DNA of 64,000 bases from an uncultured virus (IMG/VR IMGVR_UViG_3300029286_000014) (Duplodnaviria; Heunggongvirae; Uroviricota; Caudoviricetes), in IMG/VR virus record IMGVR_UViG_3300029286_000014, one strand, 5' to 3'. The notes under the pieces were generated by a model that made no database searches, was not told the DNA's origin, and was given only the letters and a program-made list of their open reading frames with translations. Shown here piece after piece: positions 43,179 through 51,656 of the stretch. The stretch's first letter is position 1. Each line of letters begins with the position of its first letter. Position numbers and translations under genes: made by a program.

Positions 43179-43252
43179 TGGGAAATAGTTCAACAGCAGA
43201 ACTCTGGCCTTTGACGCCAGCAATCTAGGGGCAGAACCTAGTTTCCCTGCCA
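43179..43252 (+). tRNA. tRNA-Gln (TTG)
   Basis: Cloverleaf, CTGGC-CTTTGAC-GCCAG, CCA end, atypical T-loop GGCAGAA. Confidence 0.85.
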
Positions 43253-43266
43253 ACAAAATTTCTTGC

Positions 43267-43427
43267 GCTGCCTGTGAGTGGCCACCTGAAAATTACCAGA
43301 CGATGGATAAAAGCAGCCACTTGACTCCATCGTCTGTACTACGTCAGGGAGATTACCGTTTCGTAATGTCGGTCGAATAGAATGAGTGACTATGAATCCA
43401 ACCATTCTATAAAAGTCTCTGGGCAGC
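43267..43427 (+). ncRNA. unclassified ~160-nt multi-helix RNA with a pseudoknot
   Basis: Five nested helices plus a 7-bp loop pairing, GC-richer than its surroundings, directly after tRNA-Gln. Confidence 0.65.
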
Positions 43428-44220
43428 AACTTTAAAAATAAAAAGGAGAGTGAAAATGCTAGGAGCTTTAGCGATTATATGCACCACAATAGTTTTATTA
43501 TTATTGATTTCTTGGGGTATTATGTATGCTACTCTGAATAAATGTAAACATAAATATAATCCACCAGAAAATGGAATTCAAAAATGTATAAATTGTGGTG
43601 TTATACGTTATGATGAGTGTAACCATTCATGGAAAAGTATTGATGCTATAACTATAGGACCTACTATGGTTAATACTATACAATGTAAAAATTGTGGGGA
43701 AATCGTATATAGGACATTTAATTCACTAAAAGGAGAATAATTATGGGTTTCTTGAATATGTTTGGAGGAAAACCAGGTTATGTTTGTATTCGCTCTAAAA
43801 AAGATCCTCGGTGGAATTATGGGGAAAGGGTGGAGTCTCTAGTTGTTATGGCGGGTATACATCCTGTAATAACCGAAAAGATTGAAGAGCTAAAAAAATT
43901 CTATGGAGAACAGCCAGAGGATTTGGAATACAGTTGCATGAAAGATTAGAAGTACACCATTCCCCTTATCATAAAAATAAGGGGGATTTAAAAAGACTAC
44001 AAATACAAAGGAGAATAAATAATGATACAGAATATACAAGAACTTGCTTCAGAAGTTGCAAAAAGAGAAGGAAAAGAGTGTGAAGTAATAATTGGAAATG
44101 TTAGGGAAGTTTTAGCAATTATAAGCGATATGATTCATGAAGATCCGCATGTCGCTACAATTTTGGAAGAAAATGGTTTCAGAAGGGAGAAAGAAAAATC
44201 TATAGAACCAAAGTAATTAT

Positions 44221-44291
44221 GCGGGGATAGCTCAACGATAGAGCCCACAGATTGTACTGTGGAGATTCCTGTTAAACTCAGGATCCCCACT
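44221..44291 (+). tRNA. degenerate tRNA-like gene (Thr TGT-like, 6-nt anticodon loop, no CCA)
   Basis: D arm GCTC/GAGC, T arm TCCTG/CAGGA, acceptor stem with one mismatch. Confidence 0.5.
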
Positions 44292-44297
44292 AAAAAT

Positions 44298-44372
44298 ACT
44301 CCTGTAATCTAACGGTTAGGATATCAGACCTTCAATCTGAGTATAGCAGTTCGATTCTGCTCGGGAGTGCCA
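44298..44372 (+). tRNA. tRNA-Glu (TTC)
   Basis: TCAGA-CCTTCAA-TCTGA, TTCGATT T-loop, CCA. C at position 33. Confidence 0.85.
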
Positions 44373-44412
44373 ATATTCCAAACACAGTAACAGATTTATT
44401 CATTTGTGTTAG

Positions 44413-45051
44413 GTGAATTCAACTACAAAAACGAAAGGAGAAATTATGAGTAAAGTGATTTTTGAAATACAAGTAGAAATTGATGAGAAGTGCAGTATGA
44501 AAAAACATTATAGACCATATATCTGGGAAGATAGAAATTTATTGAGGGGGAAATGGTATAAACTGAAAGGAAAGAATAAATCTATAATGGTAACATCTTT
44601 AGAAACCTCAGATGTCGGTGTGCTTTTAATAAATGGTATTTCATCTAAAAGTTTTCTAAAGAACTATATTTGGGATAATGAAGATTTAAATGCGCCACAT
44701 ATATGTGGTATTGAAGTGGAAATTCCTGGGCCATCTTTAGATGATTTATACTCAAAAAGACAGCAATATATTTTTAATAAAATAATAGAATTGAATGTTT
44801 CAAAATTAAAGAAAGAATATAATGATATAGAAAGTTGTCTAGCAGATATTTCTTCCCATCAAGCATTTTGGACTACGAGAGAGCAAATTTTTGATTCTGT
44901 GACCTCTTTTGATGATAGAATATCTTTTAGTACTTTGTATAATGATCTAGTGTTTTTAGAAAGCTGTGGTTTGATAAAAAGTAAAAAACTATGTGGGCCT
45001 AAAAATAAAACTGGATATTTCGTTACAACATTTAAAATGGTTGATGAATAA
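44413..45051 (+). CDS. hypothetical protein with a possible C-terminal winged-helix domain
   Basis: ISFSTLYNDLVFLESCGLI resembles a Fur/wHTH recognition helix. Confidence 0.4.
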   Translation: MNSTTKTKGEIMSKVIFEIQVEIDEKCSMKKHYRPYIWEDRNLLRGKWYKLKGKNKSIMVTSLETSDVGVLLINGISSKSFLKNYIWDNEDLNAPHICGIEVEIPGPSLDDLYSKRQQYIFNKIIELNVSKLKKEYNDIESCLADISSHQAFWTTREQIFDSVTSFDDRISFSTLYNDLVFLESCGLIKSKKLCGPKNKTGYFVTTFKMVDE

Positions 45052-45079
45052 TTCATCACTAGTACAATTTAAAAAATAT

Positions 45080-45158
45080 GGTGTGTTCGCCTAGTCTGGC
45101 CTATGGCACATGACTGTCTATCATGATTTCAGGAGTTCGAATCTCCTACACACCGCCA
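45080..45158 (+). tRNA. tRNA-Asp (GTC)
   Basis: CATGA-CTGTCTA-TCATG, TTCGAAT, CCA. Confidence 0.9.
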
Positions 45159-45164
45159 AAATAT

Positions 45165-45240
45165 TCACCCTTAGCTCAGTTGGTAGAGCGAATGACTGTT
45201 AATCATTAGGTCCCTAGTTCGAGCCTAGGAGGGTGAGCCA
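45165..45240 (+). tRNA. tRNA-Asn (GTT)
   Basis: Canonical 76-nt cloverleaf, AATGA-CTGTTAA-TCATT, CCA. Confidence 0.95.
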
Positions 45241-45269
45241 AAATTAAACTTAAAAGAGGATCTATAAAA

Positions 45270-45530
45270 ATGAGTCTTTTACAAAAGTATTTAAAATTAT
45301 TAACTGAAGGATACAAGCAAAGTACCATTAGAAGAACAAGACAAAATAAAATTAATTCATCGACTGGAACTATTGCTGTATCAATGGCCAGAGAAAAGAA
45401 TGACTCTCTTTATCGCAGAATGATTATGTACAAGAAACTATACATCATGGCCAAAAAACAACTAGAGAGAAAATATCGTTCAAAGTCTACACAAAGAGCG
45501 AGAAAGTTAGCATCAGGAACAAGAAAATAA
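45270..45530 (+). CDS. small basic protein, putative internal head protein
   Basis: N-terminal LLQKYLKLLTE, very Lys/Arg-rich. Confidence 0.55.
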   Translation: MSLLQKYLKLLTEGYKQSTIRRTRQNKINSSTGTIAVSMAREKNDSLYRRMIMYKKLYIMAKKQLERKYRSKSTQRARKLASGTRK

Positions 45531-45731
45531 ATGTACAGAAGGAGGTGAATTATGGATTTTAAAGAATTAACAGCACAAGATATTCTTAGAGTTCTAGTTA
45601 AGCAACAATTCTATGAATTTTATGAAGGACCTTTTGTAAAATATATAGAAGGTGAACCTGATGCAAAAACCAAAGAAGAAATTTTGAAAGAGATCGAATC
45701 TCTTTTTAATTTTTAAATTTGGAGGTGAATT

Positions 45732-46262
45732 GTGAAACTAGCGATTGTTGATGGAATTGAAGCGAGCCCATGTTTAGGATGCGGATATTGCTGTCTTCAG
45801 GCACAATGTGGATTATCCGTAAGAGTTCATACTTATAAAGAAATATGTCCATCTTTATACTGGGGTGAAGCACGAAAAAGGCATTTATGCAGAGCAGTTG
45901 AAGGAGATTTGATAGTAACCAATGGAAAAGAATTATCTATTGGTGAAGGTTGTTGCAGTCCTCTAAATTCCTGGAGAAAAGAAATCAAAAATAGAATTCC
46001 AGAAAAACTCGCGTACGTAAATTCTAAAAATATAAACAAAATCAATTTCGATAAATTTTTTCAAGAGTTTGTATTTATTCTTGGAAAACAGTGGCTATCA
46101 GGAGATGTTGTGGCATTAACTTTAGCAGCTTATAAAAGAAGCATTATCGAAAAATTCGGAATATCTGATAGAGACGCATCTCAATTATGCAAAAGAATTC
46201 ATCACATAATGAGAGAACAACAATCTTCTTTTGTGAAAGGATTCATTGGTGAAATAGATTAA
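45732..46262 (+). CDS. Cys-rich putative Fe-S/Zn-binding protein
   Basis: CLGCGYCC....C...CP..C..GCC. Confidence 0.5.
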   Translation: MKLAIVDGIEASPCLGCGYCCLQAQCGLSVRVHTYKEICPSLYWGEARKRHLCRAVEGDLIVTNGKELSIGEGCCSPLNSWRKEIKNRIPEKLAYVNSKNINKINFDKFFQEFVFILGKQWLSGDVVALTLAAYKRSIIEKFGISDRDASQLCKRIHHIMREQQSSFVKGFIGEID

Positions 46263-46267
46263 ATTAT

Positions 46268-46341
46268 GGCACTGGGTGGGAGGTCGCGCGAACAGTACCC
46301 AATCAAACTTTGGAATACTTCGAGCCCATCTGGTGCCGCCA
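46268..46341 (+). ncRNA. 74-nt CCA-terminated tRNA-like hairpin RNA
   Basis: 13-bp terminal helix plus a GCCA end and TTCGAG, but no cloverleaf. Confidence 0.55.
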
Positions 46342-46355
46342 AATAATTATATTAT

Positions 46356-46429
46356 CTAGCTGTAGCTGAGGAGATTAGCACGCGGTTTGGGGCCGTGAGA
46401 CGCTGGTGCGATTCCAGCCAGCTGGACCA
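46356..46429 (+). tRNA. tRNA-Pro (TGG)
   Basis: CGCGG-TTTGGGG-CCGTG, CCA. Confidence 0.88.
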
Positions 46430-46811
46430 TCAAATCTTTTTAAAAGGAGAAAAAATGATAACGTGGAAATGTAAAGATTGTGAATTTAAGTGTACTCTAG
46501 TCTCTGGTAGTGCCTCATCCTCTCCTATATCATGCCCATACAACTATAGTAATTCAGATTGGATGTGCACTGAGGTTTTAGATGATATGCTAAATCCCAT
46601 AAGAGAAGTAATTGATTCTAAATATAAAATAAAATGGGGGGACAAATTTTTTGATGAATTTACTGTCGAAGTTTTTGGGGTTCCAGTTGAGCAACATTTA
46701 AATTTTTATAGAATAACAAGAGAAGCAAGAGAGAAACTAAAACCAAAATTTGAAAATAATATATTGTATATATTTTTAGATGTTCCTAAATAAAAAATGA
46801 AGGAGAATAAC

Positions 46812-47156
46812 ATGGAAGAAACAATCGAAAAGAGGGGGGCGTTTTTAGAGAGCCTACAAAGAAATAACAAACAGATCCGGTTAGATCGAGCTCAAGCAAT
46901 TGGAGATGACACACAACTGGGATACAAAAGGGCAGTTGAAGATCTTGAATTGAGTATTAAAAAGATGAGGAGAGAGCAAGAAAACATGCTAGACCTAAGT
47001 CCTACTAACGCTCAGAGTCTTGTATTGGCGAGTGATTTCGATTCTAATGCTTATATAGCAAAAGATATCGAAATCGGAGTCAAAATCAGGAATGCTGAAA
47101 TTAAACTAGAAATTGCAAAAGCGAGGTATGGTTATCTCTTTGGAAAGGAGGTTTAA
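46812..47156 (+). CDS. coiled-coil hypothetical protein
   Basis: SD AAGGAG, first gene before the VWA/PurA-like pair. Confidence 0.6.
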   Translation: MEETIEKRGAFLESLQRNNKQIRLDRAQAIGDDTQLGYKRAVEDLELSIKKMRREQENMLDLSPTNAQSLVLASDFDSNAYIAKDIEIGVKIRNAEIKLEIAKARYGYLFGKEV

Positions 47157-47157
47157 T

Positions 47158-48054
47158 ATGGGGCATGGCGGATATTCATCGACGTGGGACAACTCAAAAG
47201 GTTCTTATTCTTATGATTCTAGTATTAGAGATTTAAGAGCAAAGGACAGAGGATTCTATACAAAAAGTAGAACAGAAATATTTAACTCAAAAAACATCAA
47301 CAGTTCAATGAACCCTTATGGGGTGCAGATAAGAGAATCAAGAGATTCTATAGAACACCCAAACTCAGTTCCAATAATTATTGGTATTGACGTAACTGGA
47401 TCCATGGGATCTGTTCCTCATTATCTAGTAAAAGAGGGACTCCCAAAGATAATGGAAAAGATTATTCTAAATGGAATATTAGACCCTCAAGTTTTGTTTG
47501 TAGCAATCGGAGATCATGAATGTGATAATAGCCCACTTCAGATAGGGCAATTTGAATCTTCTGACTCTTCTCTTGACAAATGGCTAACGGATACCTGGTT
47601 AGAAGGTGGCGGGGGAGGAAATGCTGGTGAGTCTTATTTATTGGCGTGGTATTTTGCAGCAAATCACACTGCAATAGACAGTCTTGAAAAAAGAGGAAGA
47701 AAAGGATTTTTATTCACAATTGGGGATGAACCAGTTCTTTCAGAAATTCCATCATCTGCGCTGAAAGGAATAATGGGCATCGATCAGCCTCAAAGTTATA
47801 CAGCGCAACAGTTATATGAAAAAGCGAAAGAAAAATATCACGTTTATCATATTCATATAAAAGAAACTTCTTCTGGAAGTAGACAAAGAGTGATAGATGA
47901 ATGGAAACAGTTGCTTTCAGATAATTTGTTGGTTGCAAATAGACACACAGAAGTTTCTGGAATTATTTCAGAAATTATTTTAAAAGAAAAGGATTCAATT
48001 GTTTCTGGTATTTCTACCCCTTCAATTCATGATTCTGTAGAGGAAATGTTGTAG
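47158..48054 (+). CDS. von Willebrand factor A (VWA) domain protein
   Basis: MIDAS-like DVTGSMG, GGGGN..ESY, FTIGDE. Confidence 0.85.
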   Translation: MGHGGYSSTWDNSKGSYSYDSSIRDLRAKDRGFYTKSRTEIFNSKNINSSMNPYGVQIRESRDSIEHPNSVPIIIGIDVTGSMGSVPHYLVKEGLPKIMEKIILNGILDPQVLFVAIGDHECDNSPLQIGQFESSDSSLDKWLTDTWLEGGGGGNAGESYLLAWYFAANHTAIDSLEKRGRKGFLFTIGDEPVLSEIPSSALKGIMGIDQPQSYTAQQLYEKAKEKYHVYHIHIKETSSGSRQRVIDEWKQLLSDNLLVANRHTEVSGIISEIILKEKDSIVSGISTPSIHDSVEEML

Positions 48055-48062
48055 GAGTTAAA

Positions 48063-49190
48063 ATGAAAACAGCAGTTATTGGGCTAGGATTTGGAGACGA
48101 AGGAAAGGGCAGAGTCGTAGATTGGCTCTGCTCTTATCGGCCCGATTCTTTAGTGGTAAGATTTTCAGGAGGATCTAATGCAAGTCATAAAGTTTATAAA
48201 CCAGATGGTTCTGGATTTCATGCTTTTTCAAATTTAGGAAGCGGAACATTCAGAGGATGCCCAACCTACTGGTCAGAGTTTTGTACTTTCGATCCTGCCG
48301 ATTTATTGTTTGAGGCCGAATACATCAAAAAAGCAGGAGTTGAAAATTTTAAACTCTATGTGAATTTAGATTGTCCAGTTGTTACCACATGGGATAAAAG
48401 ATACAACAAGATTCAAAATGATATGACTTTTCATGGGAGTTGCGGTGTCGGTCTAGGAGCTACTCATGAAAGAGAAGAAAATCATTATTCTCTTAGGGTG
48501 AGAGATTTATTTTATTATGATCTGAGATCACAAAAAGTAACAGAAATTATAAAATATTATAAATCTAAAGGAATCAAAGCAACCCTAGAAGAGATCGAAC
48601 TATTCTTCATTTGTGTAGAGAAATCTAAAGAATTATTCACACCAGTTGAAAGCATCCCTCAATCTGTTAATTATCTATTTGAAGGATCACAAGGATTAAT
48701 GTTGGATCAAAATTATGGTGTTTTTCCACATGTAACAAGAAGCAATACAGGAACACAAAACATCATTAAAATGGGATTTGATATGAATTCCTTCTTTCAT
48801 GATAGGTGTTTTCTTGTCACTAGAGCATACCACACTCGACATGGAAATGGATATCACCCAACCGACCATATTCCGCATAATATTAAAGAGAATCCCTATG
48901 AACAAAATGTAGAAAATTATCAGGGAAAGTTTAGAAGGGGATTACTTGATGTAAGTTTGTTGAAATACGCAATTGAAAAAGATAAGATTTTAAAAGGTAA
49001 TCAGTGTGATATGTCAATTGTTATAACATGTCTCGATTTGATAGAAAATGAATGGAGATTTGTTGAGAATGGGGTAATTGTAAATTGTTTAGATGAATAT
49101 GAATTTCTAACAAAGATTAAAAAATTACTACCCTATCCTATAGCGGTTAGTCGTACACCTTATGGGAAAATCGAAATATTTACACTCTAA
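48063..49190 (+). CDS. purA: adenylosuccinate synthetase-like protein
   Basis: GLGFGDEGKG, VRFSGG.NASH, SCGVG.G, FEGSQG.MLD..YG.FPHVT.S, TRHGNG. Confidence 0.85.
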   Translation: MKTAVIGLGFGDEGKGRVVDWLCSYRPDSLVVRFSGGSNASHKVYKPDGSGFHAFSNLGSGTFRGCPTYWSEFCTFDPADLLFEAEYIKKAGVENFKLYVNLDCPVVTTWDKRYNKIQNDMTFHGSCGVGLGATHEREENHYSLRVRDLFYYDLRSQKVTEIIKYYKSKGIKATLEEIELFFICVEKSKELFTPVESIPQSVNYLFEGSQGLMLDQNYGVFPHVTRSNTGTQNIIKMGFDMNSFFHDRCFLVTRAYHTRHGNGYHPTDHIPHNIKENPYEQNVENYQGKFRRGLLDVSLLKYAIEKDKILKGNQCDMSIVITCLDLIENEWRFVENGVIVNCLDEYEFLTKIKKLLPYPIAVSRTPYGKIEIFTL

Positions 49191-49233
49191 ATCATTTAAG
49201 TAAATCACATTTATATGTAAGAGAAAAAACAAT
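49181..49233 (+). repeat. exact 53-nt direct copy of 9852..9904
   Basis: TACACTCTAAATCATTTAAGTAAATCACATTTATATGTAAGAGAAAAAACAAT at both sites. Confidence 0.9.
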
Positions 49234-49288
49234 GGGGTAATGTAAAAAGAAAAATGATATTGGTTCAAATAAATCATTAACAAATTGT

Positions 49289-49323
49289 ACCGGTTATATT
49301 TTATATAGCCGGTCTTTTTCTTT
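49289..49323 (+). terminator. Rho-independent terminator
   Basis: ACCGGTTATAT/ATATAGCCGGT stem plus T run. Confidence 0.75.
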
Positions 49324-49361
49324 GTAAAAAACAAATATAAAAAATTAGAAGGAGAAAAGCT

Positions 49362-49571
49362 ATGCCGTTGTTCGAAGTCGCTGTAATTCAAGATCCAACC
49401 GTAAGAGAAAGGGAAGATGGGGAATTGGAAAAATTGATCTATGGTCCAGAGACCGTGATCGCTGCAAGTGAACAGGCTGCAGGAATGGAAGTGTACACAA
49501 AAGCTGTAAAGATTGAAAATATTGAAAATTTTGATCCGAAAAGATTTAAAATTTTAGTTCGCCCTTTTTAA
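49362..49571 (+). CDS. small protein ending LVRPF at a slippery site
   Basis: SD AAGGAG. C CCT TTT lies immediately before TAA. Confidence 0.7.
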   Translation: MPLFEVAVIQDPTVREREDGELEKLIYGPETVIAASEQAAGMEVYTKAVKIENIENFDPKRFKILVRPF

Positions 49572-49885
49572 GTAGCCTTTCCAACAGTTCTTACTGGTCT
49601 ATTGGATTTATAAAACGGAAAGGCACACAACCAAATTCTTATTGTCATACGAGAGCTATTTCTGGTTTTTCTGGTTATAGCGGAATTTCTGGTTATATCG
49701 GATATTCTGGAAAACCACAAATGATGATCTATAATGGGTCTACAGGATCTACTGGTCCCAATGGCCCTTGTGGGGAATCTGGAGAATCTGGAACGACAGG
49801 AAGATTGGTTGGAAAGGCGAGAGAAGTTTCTATTGTAGAAAAGACAAGCAAAAAAAGGAGTAAAAGTTTTTCAGTAAATAACTGA
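49568..49885 (+). CDS. -1-frame extension with collagen-like Gly-X-Y repeats
   Basis: 105 open codons (SGFSGYSGISGY...GSTGSTGPNGPCGESGESGTTG). Its only ATGs lie downstream of the first repeat block. Confidence 0.6.
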   Translation, partial: LSSLSNSSYWSIGFIKRKGTQPNSYCHTRAISGFSGYSGISGYIGYSGKPQMMIYNGSTGSTGPNGPCGESGESGTTGRLVGKAREVSIVEKTSKKRSKSFSVNN

Positions 49886-51132
49886 AAAACATAGAACCGG
49901 CCACGCCTCTATTTTTGTAGTTTAAATATGCGCACCACGGCCGGTCTTTATAAAAATAACATAGGAGGTGATTGTGAATACTGAACCACAAGATGTTTAC
50001 ACAACTGAAAAAAGAACAGTTAGAAGTAAAAGAATAACACCGTCAAATGAACCATGCCCTAAATGTGCGAGTATGAGAGCAGATAGAAAGTTATATTTTA
50101 AGGGGAATAAAGTCGAAAGAGAATATGGCGATTGTTTTAATAAATTCATAAATATGATTTTAAAATATTCAGAATTTTTTATAAAAGATACTGATTCATA
50201 CAGTGATCGTAATATAGCAAAAGAGTGCATAGTAAGTAAATGCAAATGTTGTGGATATATGTGGCCAACTAAACCACTAAGTTGAATTTTTGGTCGGATG
50301 TTTATAAAATGTTTTATAATAAATATTAAAAAGTAAAAGGAGTTAGTATGGACAGAAGTAGAATTTCTATAACACGTCATGTAGGGAAATTGTGGGGGGA
50401 TATTCCTTCAAGTTTTGTCAAGTGGGCCATTGAAGAAGCTAAAAATTTTAAGGGGTTTACACTTGAAAAACTAATAGAGGAATATGAAAAAAGGGAATTG
50501 AAAACTATTAAAATGGAAGTTTTGGAAAAAACAGAAAAAGCATTAGCTCTTTCAAAACTAAACAAAGAACAAACAGTAAATCCTGAGCAAGAGCAAGAGG
50601 AAACTGTTGAAAAGAAAATGATTTTTGAATACGATCCTGATCAACTTAAACTTTTTAGAAAAAAGATTTTGGGCAAACAAAGAGGAAATGCTGTTATAAA
50701 AGAAGGCATCAAATATGCATTCAATGAGCTTGAAGAATATATAAAAGAAAACTCAAAACTAATAGAAATTTAAAAGGAGAAAATCTATGAAAAACAAACC
50801 ATTTACTTAAGTAACTAAAAACTACTTAAGGAGGTATTTACAATGTCTAGATCTCGTAAAAAGATCTGTGGTGGAGGAATTTGCTGTGGATCAAATCATG
50901 AATGGTCCAAAGCAGAACACAGGAGAGAACGCAGAACTGCTAAACAACTTATTCTGTCGTTTATGGATGAAACACTTATTCCTCATCCAAAGTATTGGGG
51001 GGATCCGTGGTTGTCACCTAGCGATGGAAAAAGTGTTTGGTGGTGGCCTTGGATGTTAAAAACGGATTCTTTCAAAAACAATCCTGAAAAGATTAAATGT
51101 TACATGAAAAGTATCAGAAAGTAAATATCTCA

Positions 51133-51245
51133 TCCACCAAGAGTGGAAGGAGTTGGGTCTTCCCTAGAGAGTAGACCTTGTTTTTAGCTGATCTGCCATG
51201 TGCAGAAACAGTTACAGGATCGTCATTCGTGGCGATCCCAGCTTT
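51133..51245 (+). ncRNA. unclassified four-way-junction RNA abutting tRNA-Ile
   Basis: Three hairpins closed by GGAGTTG/CAGCTTT, including a 9-bp stem with a TTCG loop. Confidence 0.55.
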
Positions 51246-51317
51246 ACCCGAATAGTTCAATAGTAGAACCTTCCGCTGATAATGGAAAAACGGCAGGTGC
51301 GAATCCTCCTTCGGGTA
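51246..51317 (+). tRNA. tRNA-Ile (GAT), no encoded CCA
   Basis: ACCCGAA/TTCGGGT acceptor stem, TTCCG-CTGATAA-TGGAA, imperfect T stem. Confidence 0.75.
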
Positions 51318-51656
51318 AATATCAAAATTCATAGGAGATTTTATGGAATTAGATGGTTCATTAAATATTGAAAAGATTGGTGAGATAAATTTTACAATTG
51401 AACTTGATCAATTTTATGAGAAAGCAGAAAGAACAACAATGGATCATCCTGGATTTCCAGAATCTGTAACATGGGATGGATATACAATAATTGGTTTAAC
51501 TGATTATCCAAATATTTTCAAAGATGTTGATATTCTTATGAAAGAAGCTTTTGGAAATGATGAAATTCGTAAAGAGATTGAATCAGAAATGCTTAGAATA
51601 ATCAAAGAAACTGAAGATTTTGATTAATTATAACAAAATATTAAAGGGAGAGATTT

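Noticed and set aside
46268..46341. tRNA-Sec
   Set aside because: It has a GCCA end, but it is too short and lacks the D, anticodon and long variable arms.
48063..49190. PurZ and a Z-base (2-aminoadenine) genome
   Set aside because: The catalytic loop is GDEGKG with Asp as in PurA, not the Ser-containing PurZ form, and no dATPase partner was recognised in this window.
50787..50810. 7-codon ORF MKNKPFT after a strong SD
   Set aside because: Too short to support. It may be a gene remnant or a translational coupler.
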